Source: an uncultured Bacilli bacterium (GTDB lineage Bacteria; Bacillota_I; Bacilli_A; RF39; UBA660). From it: 64,000 nucleotides of DNA. Made by a program: the position numbers and the translations under genes. Shown here piece after piece: positions 28,341 through 39,163 of the stretch (within the stretch, counting starts at the first letter, position 1; every line of letters begins with the position of its first letter). The stretch lies in the NCBI GenBank assembly GCA_934086485.1, contig CAKOIF010000002.1, positions 33,953 to 97,952 on the forward strand. The letters run 5' to 3'. The notes below the pieces were generated by a model. It was not told the origin of the DNA, searched no databases, and saw only the letters and a program-made list of their open reading frames with translations.

Positions 28341-28934
28341 GTGCCAAGAAATATTGTAATATCTAAAGAAAATATTTTAAATGCTGGTTTTGATATAACT
28401 AGAAAATATGGTATAAGTAAGGTAAGTAATAGAGAACTTGCTAAATATTTAAATTGTTCAATAAGACCTATATATTACCAATTTAAAAATTCAGATGAAC
28501 TTTTTAATGAATTATGTAAGAAAATACATGATTATTTTTATTCATATATCTTGAATAATTTAAATGATAAGATTCCTAAATATAAACAAGTAGGATTAAA
28601 TTATATTAAATTTGCTAGGGAAGAAAAAAATTTTTATCAAGTATTATTTTTAAATAAAAATTGTAATTTAAATACTTTTAATCAAGATACAGATGCTAGT
28701 TTTAATATAGTTAAGGGATTTATTAAAACAAGTACAAATTTATCTTTGGAAGATATAAATGAATTTCATTTTAAGATGTGGACATTTTGTCATGGCCTTG
28801 CAACGCTTCTTGCAAATGATAAAATTAATTTAACAGATGAACAAATAAATATTCTTATTTCACAAGAGTTTCAAGCACTTATGCTTCTTCGAGATAATCC
28901 AAATAACAAATATATTTTTAAGGAGGAAAGTTGA
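28341..28934 (+). CDS. TetR/AcrR family transcriptional regulator
   Basis: N-terminal HTH (KVSNRELAKYLNCSIRPIYYQFKN); about 200 aa; GTG start behind GGAAG. Confidence 0.8.
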   Translation: MPRNIVISKENILNAGFDITRKYGISKVSNRELAKYLNCSIRPIYYQFKNSDELFNELCKKIHDYFYSYILNNLNDKIPKYKQVGLNYIKFAREEKNFYQVLFLNKNCNLNTFNQDTDASFNIVKGFIKTSTNLSLEDINEFHFKMWTFCHGLATLLANDKINLTDEQINILISQEFQALMLLRDNPNNKYIFKEES

Positions 28935-29872
28935 TGGAAAATATAATTGAGGTAAAAGATTTAACTAAATCATATAAAAATAAAATTGCAGTTGATAACT
29001 TATCATTTAATGTTAAAAAAGGTGAAATTCTAGGACTTTTAGGTCCAAATGGAAGTGGAAAGACCACAACAATAAATTCTATATTGTCACTATTAAACTT
29101 TGATAAAGGTTCAATAAAGATTTATGGTAAAGAAATGAATAATGATGCTTATGATATTAAAGAAAAAATTGGTGTTATTTTTCAAGAAGTTGCAGTATTC
29201 GAAGAACTTACTGTTTATGATAATATTGATTATTTCTGTGGCCTTTATATAACTGATAAAGACAAAAGAATGAAGTATATTGAGGATGCTATTAAATTAA
29301 CAGGTCTTGAGAATTTTAAAAAGTTCTATCCAAAACAGTTATCTGGGGGATTACTTCGAAGGCTTAATATTGCCTGTGGTATTGCTCATAAACCAAGTAT
29401 AATATTTCTTGATGAACCAACTGTAGCTGTTGATCCTCAAAGTCGAAATAATATATTATCAGGTATAAAAAAATTATCTAATGATGGTGCAACAATTATA
29501 TATACCACTCATTATATGGAAGAAGCAGAAAGCATTTGTGATAGAATTATAATTCTTGATAATGGTAAAATTATTGCAAGTGGCACAACTGATGAATTAA
29601 AAAAATTATCTAATATCGAAGAAAAAATAACTGTAGAATTAGATAGTATTTCTAATAATGATATAGATAAACTATCAAAATTCAAACAAATTAGAAACAT
29701 TTCTTATAAAGATAATTTACTTGTAATTACTTATTCAAAAGGAACTGATAATTTAGGTAAACTTACAAGTTTTATGAAAGAAAATAATATTTCATATAAT
29801 AAAATATATTCTGAAAGACCTAGTTTAAATGATGTATTTTTAGAGCTTACCGGAAAGGACTTAAGAGACTAA
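28934..29872 (+). CDS. ABC transporter ATP-binding protein
   Basis: Walker A GPNGSGKTT, signature LSGGLLRR, Walker B IIFLDEP. Confidence 0.9.
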   Translation: MENIIEVKDLTKSYKNKIAVDNLSFNVKKGEILGLLGPNGSGKTTTINSILSLLNFDKGSIKIYGKEMNNDAYDIKEKIGVIFQEVAVFEELTVYDNIDYFCGLYITDKDKRMKYIEDAIKLTGLENFKKFYPKQLSGGLLRRLNIACGIAHKPSIIFLDEPTVAVDPQSRNNILSGIKKLSNDGATIIYTTHYMEEAESICDRIIILDNGKIIASGTTDELKKLSNIEEKITVELDSISNNDIDKLSKFKQIRNISYKDNLLVITYSKGTDNLGKLTSFMKENNISYNKIYSERPSLNDVFLELTGKDLRD

Positions 29873-30957
29873 TGTTTGTGCATAACTTTAAATATAGTTT
29901 AAAAATATTATTTAAAAATAAAGGATTACTTTTCTGGACATTTATATTTCCCATATTATTAGGAACGCTTTTTAATTTAGCATTTTCAAATATAGAAAAA
30001 ACTGAAACCTTTTCAAATATTAATGTTGCAATTACTCAAAATAATAATAGTTATATTAAAAGTACATTTGATGCTTTAGAAAAAGAAAATGTTGTTAATA
30101 TTAAAAGTGGTGATTTAGAAAATTCTAAAAAGCTACTTGAAAATAAAAAAGTTATAGGCTACATTGATAACAATACTTTATATATTAACTCTAATGGAGA
30201 AGAGGAAACAATATTAAAAAGTATTATGGATGAAATTCTAATAAATAAAGACATTTATGAAGAATATTTAAATAATAATAAGTTTCCTAACAATTTTCTA
30301 ACAAATTATAAAATAACAAATGTTACTAGAAAAAATATTAGTTATACAATGATTGAGTATTACACACTTATTGCTATGGCAGCCTTTTATGGTGCCGCAA
30401 TTGCTCTTACAATGATTAATTATTTACTACCTAATATTTCTACTTCGGGAAAAAGAATTAATATAAGCCCTGCCAAAAGAGGTACTTTATTATTAAGTAG
30501 TTTTTGTGCAAGTATTGTTGTTCAATTAATTGGAATGTTTATATTATTTTTATATACAATTTTTGTTTTAAAAGTTGATTATGGAGATAACTTAATATAC
30601 GTTTTTATGTTAACATTTTTTGGAATACTTGCAAGTCTATCACTGGGTACATTTCTTGCAAGCACTATTAAAACAAACAGTAATAATAAATTTGGTATTT
30701 TAATTGCTATTACTATGACACTTTCATTTTTTTCAGGAATGACAGGAATAACTATGAAATATGTAACAGATAAAAATATGCCAATAATTAATTATTTAAA
30801 TCCCTGTAATATGATTGTTGATGGTCTTTATTCTTTATACTATTATGGAGTTAATAATCGCTATTATTTTAATATATTAAGTCTTATTATTTTTACAATA
30901 ATAATGTTACTTATATCTTCGAGTTCCTTAAGGAGGCAAAAGTATGACAGTATTTAA
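29872..30957 (+). CDS. ABC-2 type transporter permease
   Basis: N-terminal TM, large extracytoplasmic loop and 5 C-terminal TMs; translationally coupled. Confidence 0.8.
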   Translation: MFVHNFKYSLKILFKNKGLLFWTFIFPILLGTLFNLAFSNIEKTETFSNINVAITQNNNSYIKSTFDALEKENVVNIKSGDLENSKKLLENKKVIGYIDNNTLYINSNGEEETILKSIMDEILINKDIYEEYLNNNKFPNNFLTNYKITNVTRKNISYTMIEYYTLIAMAAFYGAAIALTMINYLLPNISTSGKRINISPAKRGTLLLSSFCASIVVQLIGMFILFLYTIFVLKVDYGDNLIYVFMLTFFGILASLSLGTFLASTIKTNSNNKFGILIAITMTLSFFSGMTGITMKYVTDKNMPIINYLNPCNMIVDGLYSLYYYGVNNRYYFNILSLIIFTIIMLLISSSSLRRQKYDSI

Positions 30958-32080
30958 AACTTACTGGAAAATTGTTAAGAAAAATATTGGAATTATTATT
31001 TTATACACAGTAATGTTACTTGTATTTGGAACAATGAATTTAAAGACAAATAAAAATAGTTTCGAATTTGTAAGTTCAAAACCAGATATTATAATAGTTA
31101 ATAATTCAAGTGGTATAATAACTGATAATTTAATATCATATTTAAAAACGAATGCTAATGTAAAAAATATTACTGATGAAACTGATATAGATGATGCTAT
31201 CTTTTTTAGAGATGCAAATTATGTAATTTATATTCCCAAAGACTTTGAAAGCAAACTAGAAAGTGGAAAAGAAGTTAACATTGATATAAAAACAAATAAT
31301 TCCTATGATTCATATATTGCAAGTGAACTATTAAATAAATATTTAGATGTTTTTTCAAAATATATGAATTTATATAATGATAAAGTAGTAGCTATTAAAA
31401 AATTAGATAATACTTTAAATAAAAAAGCGAGCGTTGTAATTGAAAATAAAACAAATTTAAATAGTAAGACTTCCTTATTTTATAATTTTTCAAGTTATTC
31501 AATAATGGCTATTGTAATTTATATAATTTGTTTAGTTTTATCTAGTTTTAATGATGAAAAAATCAGTAAAAGAACAAATGTAAGTGGTATGAATTATAAA
31601 ACATTTAATAATTATTTATATATATCTTCATTCACATTTACTTTTATAATTTTTATAGTTTATTTAATACTTAGTTTTCTAATATTAAAAAATAGTATTT
31701 TAAATATTAATGGATTTTTATATAGTTTAAATATGTTTATATTTTTTATAGTATCTTTTACAATGGCAATCTTGATATCAAATTTAGTAAAAAGTAAAGG
31801 TGCAATAAGTGGTGTAGTAAATGTAATATCACTTGGTTCAGCATTCTTATGTGGTGCATTTATACCTGTAAAATATATGCCTTCATTTGCTTTAAAAATT
31901 GCCCACATTTTTCCAACATTTTATTTTATAGATAATAATGAATATATTGCATCATTACAAAATTTTGATAAAGCATCATATGAGTTTGTATTAAAAAACT
32001 TTATTATAATGATTATATTTATTATATTTTTCCTAATTTTAAATACTTTGGTAACAAGATTTAAAAGGAAAGTCAATTAA
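30944..32080 (+). CDS. ABC-2 type transporter permease (second subunit)
   Basis: Same topology as the preceding gene; overlapping start. Confidence 0.8.
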   Translation: MTVFKTYWKIVKKNIGIIILYTVMLLVFGTMNLKTNKNSFEFVSSKPDIIIVNNSSGIITDNLISYLKTNANVKNITDETDIDDAIFFRDANYVIYIPKDFESKLESGKEVNIDIKTNNSYDSYIASELLNKYLDVFSKYMNLYNDKVVAIKKLDNTLNKKASVVIENKTNLNSKTSLFYNFSSYSIMAIVIYIICLVLSSFNDEKISKRTNVSGMNYKTFNNYLYISSFTFTFIIFIVYLILSFLILKNSILNINGFLYSLNMFIFFIVSFTMAILISNLVKSKGAISGVVNVISLGSAFLCGAFIPVKYMPSFALKIAHIFPTFYFIDNNEYIASLQNFDKASYEFVLKNFIIMIIFIIFFLILNTLVTRFKRKVN

Positions 32081-32116
32081 AAAGGATATAGAGGGTTATC
32101 TATATCCTTTGTTTTT
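32081..32116 (+). terminator. rho-independent terminator of ABC operon
   Basis: 11-bp stem AAAGGATATAG/CTATATCCTTT followed by GTTTTT. Confidence 0.75.
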
Positions 32117-32146
32117 GAGTTTGTGAGATTTTATTATTTTAATTAC

Positions 32147-32386
32147 TTACGCAAAGATTTTTATATAATTTTTAATTTCTCTATCGGTTAAAATTTTTCC
32201 ATTACTTATTATTTTTTCATTAATCATAAGTATCGGTTTATTTTTATCTTTATATTTAGATAATGTTTCTTTATCATCGATAACATTAATTTCTACATTA
32301 ATATCTTCGTTTTTAGTAACCTTATTTAAATTTTTTAATAGTTTCATACGATTACTAGAATTTTCACCGATAATGTTTATTTTCAC
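32147..32386 (-). CDS. small thioredoxin-fold protein lacking the CxxC motif
   Basis: 79 aa with the layout of MTH895-type thioredoxin-like proteins, but ENSSNRM replaces GCxxC. Confidence 0.45.
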   Translation of the reverse strand: MKINIIGENSSNRMKLLKNLNKVTKNEDINVEINVIDDKETLSKYKDKNKPILMINEKIISNGKILTDREIKNYIKIFA

Positions 32387-32469
32387 TTAACCACCTCCTT
32401 TAATGGATTTGAAAAATACTTTATTTCTTTTTCACAATTTAATAATATAATATTTGCCTTAAATGAAAC

Positions 32470-33558
32470 TTAAATATTTGAATTTTTTTTAGAAAGTTTA
32501 ATTTTTGTACTTTCAACTTTACCATCACGTATATAAGTTATTGTAATTTCATCGTTTATGTTATATTTATATAGTTCATATCTAAAATATGCTGTGCTTT
32601 TTGTTTCACTATCATTAATTTTAGTTATAACATCACCTTTTTTTAATTTGTTATAGGCGGGTGAATTTTTCTCTACATCAAGGACTAATATTCCTTCCTC
32701 AATATCAAGTGATTTTACATAGCTATAATATCTAAAGTCATTTTTTGCATCACTAACATTTGCAATTGAAACACCTATATATGGATATTCTTTTTCATTA
32801 CCACTAATTATTTCATCGGCTTTTTCTATAGCAGTGTCTATCGGAATAGCAAAACCAATACCCTCGATGCCAGAACCAGAAAGTTTAGCATTAACTACAC
32901 CAATAACCTGTCCGTTAGCATTACAAAGTGGGCCTCCACTGTTACCTGAATTAACAGCCGCATCTGTTTGAATTACCTTTAATAAAATATTTGAGTTATT
33001 ACTTGTTATTTCCACAAGCCTTTCTTTACCAGAAATTATACCTCTTGTAACAGTAAATGAATATGCACTATCAAGTGGTGAACCTAAAGCAAATACTGTA
33101 TCTCCCGCTTTGATGTTATTACTATCACTTATTTCAACAGACTCTAATCCATCAATTGTTTTTACCTTTAAAACTGCAATATCAGTATATTCATCGCTAC
33201 CCACTAATGTAGCATCTAATGTAGTTTCATCAGAATACGTTACTTTAAATGTAGTTCCACCATCAACTACGTGATGATTTGTTACAATATAAGTATCATT
33301 ACCATCAATTTTATAAATAAAACCACTTCCTGTAGCGGATAATTTACCCATACTATAATTACTAATTAAAGCAACTTTATTATATACTTTGTCAACTGAC
33401 TCACTAAGACCAGTATCTGTAATAGTAACATTCTTTTCCTCTTTTACAATAGTTTTTGAAAATATACTTGGAAAATTATAAATAACTGCTAAAGATAATA
33501 CAATACCTATAAAAAATGTACTAATCGAATAAAGAATAGTCTTTCTATTATCTTTCAT
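32470..33558 (-). CDS. htrA: HtrA/DegP-family serine protease with PDZ domain
   Basis: TM anchor; catalytic triad context TNHHVV, DIAVLKV, GNSGGPL; C-terminal PDZ. Confidence 0.9.
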   Translation of the reverse strand: MKDNRKTILYSISTFFIGIVLSLAVIYNFPSIFSKTIVKEEKNVTITDTGLSESVDKVYNKVALISNYSMGKLSATGSGFIYKIDGNDTYIVTNHHVVDGGTTFKVTYSDETTLDATLVGSDEYTDIAVLKVKTIDGLESVEISDSNNIKAGDTVFALGSPLDSAYSFTVTRGIISGKERLVEITSNNSNILLKVIQTDAAVNSGNSGGPLCNANGQVIGVVNAKLSGSGIEGIGFAIPIDTAIEKADEIISGNEKEYPYIGVSIANVSDAKNDFRYYSYVKSLDIEEGILVLDVEKNSPAYNKLKKGDVITKINDSETKSTAYFRYELYKYNINDEITITYIRDGKVESTKIKLSKKNSNI

Positions 33559-33625
33559 CTTTCCTCCTTACAAATTAAATATAATGCTTTATTCTTAAAT
33601 AAACCTTAAAAAAAATTACTTTTTT

Positions 33626-34798
33626 TTAAAAAGTAACTTTAAATGTAGTAATTCCTTTTTTGGAACTTGCACTTATTTTAGCATTATGTTTTTCAACTAT
33701 ATCTTTTGCAATAGCAAGACCAAGTCCATATCTATTTTCATTTCTATTTCTTGATTCATCAATTTTATAAAATCTTTCAAATATTTTTTGCTCATCTTCT
33801 TTTTTAATTTCATCACCATAGTTTTTTACCTCAAGGATTATATCTTTATTAGCTTTATATAAATTAACAGTAACATTACCATTTTCATTTGTATGTTTAA
33901 TACTATTATCAATTAGAATTCCAAGAAGTTGTCTAATTAAATCACTATTACAAGTATATTTTATGTTCTTTTTAATATTATATTTTAATTTAATCTTTTT
34001 TTCATAAAATAAACTTTCATATGTTAAGATTTCATTTTCAGTAAGTTTTGATAAGTTTTCCTCTTTCATAAGAATTTTTTTATTTGCCTCAATTTTTGCT
34101 AAATCTAATAGTTCTATAACAAGTTTATTCATTTTTTCGGTTTCCTCTTTTATATTGTGAATCCATTTTTCATTTTTATCATTATAATATGCTTCAACAC
34201 TTGCATTAATCACTGTAAGAGGTGTTTTAAGTTCATGTGAGGCATCCGCTATAAATCTTTTTTGTTTATCAAAACTTTCACTTACTGGTTCAGTTATCCA
34301 ACTTGTTAAGATAAATGATGTTAAAATTACGCATGACTCTAAAAATACAAATATTATACTTGTTGTTATAAGTGTTTTTGTAAGAGTATTTTTAACTTCA
34401 GAGTTATCCATTAAAATAAGTGAATTATTGTCAGTAAAGGCGTATGAATATTTTGCATTATAAAGGTTTCCAATATAATATTTTGAGTGGTGATATTTAA
34501 TTATTTTATTAGCTATGTTTTTAATTTTTACAATATCAATTACATCATCGTAAGTATGGGAAACAGTTTCTTTATACATACCATTTTCATCAAGGATTAT
34601 ATTATATACGGTAAAGTCCATAAAAATATTATTACTATTAGCATTATCTGATAATTCAATCATTTTATCTAATACATTTTTAACATTTTCTTTTTTTTCT
34701 GAGTATGCTCTAGCGTTAGATATCAAAAATACTGCTAAAACAAAAATTGTTAGAATGGTTGATATTGTAAAGAAAACTTTAGATTTTAATCTTTTCAT
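33626..34798 (-). CDS. sensor histidine kinase (CssS-like context)
   Basis: Two TMs, H-box SHELKTPLT, HATPase N/G boxes; overlaps the response regulator gene. Confidence 0.9.
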   Translation of the reverse strand: MKRLKSKVFFTISTILTIFVLAVFLISNARAYSEKKENVKNVLDKMIELSDNANSNNIFMDFTVYNIILDENGMYKETVSHTYDDVIDIVKIKNIANKIIKYHHSKYYIGNLYNAKYSYAFTDNNSLILMDNSEVKNTLTKTLITTSIIFVFLESCVILTSFILTSWITEPVSESFDKQKRFIADASHELKTPLTVINASVEAYYNDKNEKWIHNIKEETEKMNKLVIELLDLAKIEANKKILMKEENLSKLTENEILTYESLFYEKKIKLKYNIKKNIKYTCNSDLIRQLLGILIDNSIKHTNENGNVTVNLYKANKDIILEVKNYGDEIKKEDEQKIFERFYKIDESRNRNENRYGLGLAIAKDIVEKHNAKISASSKKGITTFKVTF

Positions 34799-35471
34799 TT
34801 TGATACTCCAATTTATAACCTATATTTCGAATTACTTTAATTTTAACTTTCGAATTTATATTTTTTAATTTCTTTCTTATAAATGACATATATGCTTCGA
34901 GTGTATTTATTTCTGAATCACTATCATAACCCCATACTTTACTAAATAATTGTTCTTTTGAAATAATACTTTCATGGGAATTTAATAAGATTAGTAAAAT
35001 ATTATATTCTTTACCAATTATATTAATTGTTTCTTTTGTATTTGTATTTTCCAAAATTAATTTATGAGTATCAAGGGATAAATCACCATAGGTGGCTAAT
35101 TCATTCTTAATTTTACCATCACTTAGTTGAAGCTTTATTCTTGCAAAAAGTTCATCCATATGAAATGGTTTTGTTAAGTAGTCATTTGCTCCTTCATTAA
35201 AACCTTCCATTTTATCATCAATATTTGCTTTAGCAGTAAGCATTATAACTTTTGAACTTATATTTTCTTTTCGAATACTTTTTAATATTTCAAAACCATT
35301 TTTACCTGGAAGCATTACATCAAGAAGTATAAGATCATAAATGCCACTTAAGGCTTCATCTTCGCCCTCTGTTCCATTTGTACATATTTTAACAATATAA
35401 TTTTCTTTTTTAAGCATTGATTTGATTGCATCTGCTAAATTAAATTCATCCTCAATTATTAATATATTCAT
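34779..35471 (-). CDS. OmpR-family response regulator (CssR-like context)
   Basis: Receiver domain with DLILLDVMLPGKNG; winged-helix C-terminal domain. Confidence 0.9.
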   Translation of the reverse strand: MNILIIEDEFNLADAIKSMLKKENYIVKICTNGTEGEDEALSGIYDLILLDVMLPGKNGFEILKSIRKENISSKVIMLTAKANIDDKMEGFNEGANDYLTKPFHMDELFARIKLQLSDGKIKNELATYGDLSLDTHKLILENTNTKETINIIGKEYNILLILLNSHESIISKEQLFSKVWGYDSDSEINTLEAYMSFIRKKLKNINSKVKIKVIRNIGYKLEYQNEKIKI

Positions 35472-35554
35472 CCTTCACCACCTAATAAATTATATATTTT
35501 TTATCTTAAATAAATCTTAAATATATAGTTATTATATCATGAAAAAACCATTTT

Positions 35555-36646
35555 TTATTTAAAATGGTCTAAAATAAATTTTACTAAATCAATGGCACTA
35601 TTTTCATTTATAATTTTCTTTTGATTTTGAATCATTTCTTTACAAATATTCTCATTATTCATTAAGTATTTTAAATTTTTAATAATTTCTTTATCATTAT
35701 TACATTTGATACTCATTTTGTTATTTTCAAAAAATAAAGTATTGTATGTTTCTATACCTGGTATGGGATATATATGTAAAAGTGGTTTATGAATTGAGGC
35801 AATTTCAGTTGATGAAAGACCTCCAGGTTTAGATAAAACATAGTCTGATGAATATATAAAATCATTAATGTTTTTAGTAAAACCTATAACAATAAGATTA
35901 TCATTTTTATATTCATTTAATTTATCATATAATTGTTTATTAGTTCCACATATTACTATAATTTTAATATTTTCACTTAATAAAGGATTAATTATATTAT
36001 CAATTTCTCCGAAACCCATACTTCCAAGCATTACTAAGACTACTTTTTCATTATCTAAGATGTTATAATCCTTACGTATTGATTTTGTATTTTTAATAAA
36101 ATTACTTGATACAGGAATTCCAGTATTTAATAATTTAGTTTCACTAATACCTTTTTGTATAAAAGTATTTTCTAAAGTTTTTTGCATTATAAAATATTCT
36201 GGTTTTGCTTCTTCCATAAAAGGACAAGGTTCATAATCAGTAGCCACGAATAAAAATGGAATATGATTATATTTTTTATCATTACTTATGGCAGTAAGGG
36301 TAAGTGAGGGAAATAAATGTGTTGTAATTACAAGAGTATAATTGTTTTTTTGAATGTATCCATAAAGTTTTTTCTTAAACATTTTATTAAATAAATATAC
36401 TGGACTTTGAAGCTTACTTTTGCTAACAAATTCTCCAGCTTTATAAACGTTTTTAAATATTTTTCCATTATTACCTAAAGTTTTTAAATAAATATCCGAA
36501 GACATTTTTTTAGCATTCTTTCCAAAAATATCAAAAAAATCTATAAAATCGCATTCTATGTTATTTAACAATAGTTCCTCTTTTATGTAGTTTGCGCAAG
36601 AGTTGTGGCCTCCACCAGTAGAACAAGATAATATTAGTACTTTCAC
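35555..36646 (-). CDS. diacylglycerol glycosyltransferase (MGDG synthase/UgtP family, GT28)
   Basis: N-terminus MKVLILSCSTGGGHNS, typical of the family; 363 aa. Confidence 0.8.
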   Translation of the reverse strand: MKVLILSCSTGGGHNSCANYIKEELLLNNIECDFIDFFDIFGKNAKKMSSDIYLKTLGNNGKIFKNVYKAGEFVSKSKLQSPVYLFNKMFKKKLYGYIQKNNYTLVITTHLFPSLTLTAISNDKKYNHIPFLFVATDYEPCPFMEEAKPEYFIMQKTLENTFIQKGISETKLLNTGIPVSSNFIKNTKSIRKDYNILDNEKVVLVMLGSMGFGEIDNIINPLLSENIKIIVICGTNKQLYDKLNEYKNDNLIVIGFTKNINDFIYSSDYVLSKPGGLSSTEIASIHKPLLHIYPIPGIETYNTLFFENNKMSIKCNNDKEIIKNLKYLMNNENICKEMIQNQKKIINENSAIDLVKFILDHFK

Positions 36647-37381
36647 TTAATTTCCTCCTTTGCAAATTGCATCATATGTTTTATTCCTTAAATCCTCGAT
36701 TCTTTCTTTATATTCTAAAGATTCATCTGGATATATAGCAGGAAGTATAATTGCGTGTATACATTTTTTTCTTTTATATAATTTTTGAATACCCTCGGGA
36801 TTTACAAAAACAAAACGAATAGGCTCAATGGGTTTATTTGCCTCAACAGCTATTTTAAATGCGCCATATTTAAAATCACGAATGTTTTCATAGTATGGCC
36901 ATAATGAGCCTTCAGGGTACATATGTAGTATGTTATTTTTTTCTAATGCTTCATTAATTTGTTTATAAAACATGTCTTTATGTTTTCTTTCTTTGGGTAT
37001 TGGAATAGCACATAATAATTTTATTAAATGTCTAACAAATGGAATTTTGAAATTCTCCTGAATTGTTGGATAGTAAACTCTATTTGGAAAATTAATAAGC
37101 CCAATAAATGTACAATCTAAATAATGGATATGATTTGATACAGATACGAAACCTGTGTTCTTTATTTTGTTTTCTTTACCTTCGATTTCAAAACCTAAAA
37201 ATATTTTATTAAAAAAGTATAATATTATTGCAATTGGTATTAAAATAATTGTACTAACAAAATTAAATATTATGTTTTTAGATATATATTCATAATTATC
37301 ATCAATCTTGAATGGCATTAAACTCCAAGATTTACAAACGTGTTCATCACCTTTTAAGGCTTCATAATTTATATTTTTCAT
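36647..37381 (-). CDS. PlsC-family acyltransferase
   Basis: HX4D motif NHIHYLD and PEGS motif (YPEGSLWP); N-terminal TM. Confidence 0.8.
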   Translation of the reverse strand: MKNINYEALKGDEHVCKSWSLMPFKIDDNYEYISKNIIFNFVSTIILIPIAIILYFFNKIFLGFEIEGKENKIKNTGFVSVSNHIHYLDCTFIGLINFPNRVYYPTIQENFKIPFVRHLIKLLCAIPIPKERKHKDMFYKQINEALEKNNILHMYPEGSLWPYYENIRDFKYGAFKIAVEANKPIEPIRFVFVNPEGIQKLYKRKKCIHAIILPAIYPDESLEYKERIEDLRNKTYDAICKGGN

Positions 37382-37481
37382 TTATTCACCAACTTATAAA
37401 AATTATATCAAAAAAGATATTTTTTATGAAGTATTTTAACCGTACATTTATTTAAAAGCGTTGATTATTTTTGCTTTATTT

Positions 37482-37510
37482 AAAAAAATCATACTTTTTT
37501 AGGTATGACT
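37482..37510 (-). terminator. rho-independent terminator of sigma/anti-sigma operon
   Basis: TCATAC/GTATGA stem followed by a T-run on the minus strand. Confidence 0.5.
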
Positions 37511-37522
37511 TTTAATATTATA

Positions 37523-38593
37523 TTAAATTATTGAACTAATAAGATCTATCAGTTCATCCTGCAAAATATTGTTAGTTTCTATATCAAAATAATAATTGTT
37601 ATAGTGAAATTCTACGAAGAAAATATCTTCATAAGAATATATTTGTAATTTTTTATCTTTAATTATAGATATAACCGCATTTTCATTACTAAAGTAATAA
37701 TCTCTTATTGGTCTATTTTTATCAGAAAATGCTACTTTGATATTTCTTGTTTCATTATCATTATAATAATTAAGAATATATGAATTTAAATTTGTATAAT
37801 CATATTGCTTTTCATTTTTGGTGTAGATTACACTTTTTCTTACTTTGGTTAAATCAATTGGTAACTTTAGTTTATTATAATCAAATTCATTTGGAAAAGC
37901 CATATTGTTACTTTCAACATCTTTAATATCTGCATCAAGTTTTGTTATTGAATAATTATTAAGTTTATTAATTTTAATGTTTATTTCATAATCATTTAAT
38001 TTTGCATAGTAGTTATAATTTTCATCACTTGTTATTACAATATATTTCTCATAAAGTGTTTCATCATTTTTTTTAGCCTTTATTTTTATTGAGGTATTTT
38101 CATTTACATCAAAGTATAGAGTATCATTTTTATATATTTTATAATTATTATCAAGTTTATTTACAATGCCTGTATTTTTGTCCCAACTATATATTTTCCC
38201 ATTTTCCACTGATATATTTATATAATCTATGTTATTCATTTCAAATGTAATAGGGAATCCTGGTACATTTGACATTGCTTTATTATATCTTGCAAGAGGT
38301 AATTTTGTATTTGCATTTAACTGTTTCTTTTCTAATGAATTATCGTAAGCTAATGTGTAAGCATACATTTTAATACTTTCTTTTTGTGATTCATAAATAG
38401 TTTTATTACTATTATTATTTTTTATGTATAGACCAAATATTAGTATAATAATTATAAGTATTGATGCATAACTTATTTTTTTTAATATGTTTATATTTTT
38501 TTTATATTCATAATTATTTATTATTTGTTTTTTTAATAAATTCATATTAAATTTTTCATCAAAAACGGTTTTAAAAACATTTTTATTTTTCAT
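37523..38593 (-). CDS. single-pass membrane protein, probable anti-sigma factor
   Basis: Short cytoplasmic N-terminus, one TM, large extracytoplasmic domain. Its start overlaps the end of the extended sigma reading frame. Confidence 0.5.
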   Translation of the reverse strand: MKNKNVFKTVFDEKFNMNLLKKQIINNYEYKKNINILKKISYASILIIIILIFGLYIKNNNSNKTIYESQKESIKMYAYTLAYDNSLEKKQLNANTKLPLARYNKAMSNVPGFPITFEMNNIDYINISVENGKIYSWDKNTGIVNKLDNNYKIYKNDTLYFDVNENTSIKIKAKKNDETLYEKYIVITSDENYNYYAKLNDYEINIKINKLNNYSITKLDADIKDVESNNMAFPNEFDYNKLKLPIDLTKVRKSVIYTKNEKQYDYTNLNSYILNYYNDNETRNIKVAFSDKNRPIRDYYFSNENAVISIIKDKKLQIYSYEDIFFVEFHYNNYYFDIETNNILQDELIDLISSII

Positions 38594-38648
38594 TAATATC
38601 ATTCCTTTCTTTCATTACTTCTTTTAGTTCATTTATTGTTCTATATAA

Positions 38649-39128
38649 TTAATGTTTTACATTAGATTGACTTATATTTAATGTTTTTGAAATGGTTTTT
38701 ATACTTAGCTCTTCATAATAATAAAGATAAAAAACTTTAAAAATAATATTTTTTTTCTTTTTGAGAAAATCCCATATAAAGTTTATATCTTCATTTTTTA
38801 TGTAGTTTAATTCTAAATCAAAGTTATCTGGAATATCAATATTAAATTGTTCATTATCCTTTTTAGTAAATAAAGATACAATTTTTACTTTGTATTTATG
38901 ACGATAGTATTCATTAACCTTGTTTTTTGCTATACCCATAACATATGCATATTCATTATTAAACTTTATTCCTTTTTGAAGCTTATTTAGTATCTCAATA
39001 TAAATATTTTGAATTATATCTTTGATATCTTCTGCATTAGAACAATTACAAACAACATATTTTAATACATTTCTATATGTTTTATCATATAAGTCATCAA
39101 ATATTTTTAAGGTATTTTGATTAATCAT
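38649..39128 (-). CDS. ECF-type sigma-70 family factor, cut short by an in-frame TAA inside region 4
   Basis: Region 2 and region 4 patterns present. Reads ...LNISQSNVKH-TAA-LYRTINELKEVMKERNDINEK, so the conserved HTH tail continues in frame to 38583. Confidence 0.7.
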   Translation of the reverse strand: MINQNTLKIFDDLYDKTYRNVLKYVVCNCSNAEDIKDIIQNIYIEILNKLQKGIKFNNEYAYVMGIAKNKVNEYYRHKYKVKIVSLFTKKDNEQFNIDIPDNFDLELNYIKNEDINFIWDFLKKKKNIIFKVFYLYYYEELSIKTISKTLNISQSNVKH

Positions 39129-39163
39129 TTTTTCACCTCACTATTATAGTTGTAAAAAATTTA

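Noticed and set aside
38649-38651. In-frame TAA in the sigma gene as evidence for stop-codon reassignment
   Set aside because: TAA cleanly terminates most other well-supported genes in the window (for example clpB, leuS and mraY), so the standard code applies. A nonsense mutation or sequencing error is the simpler explanation.
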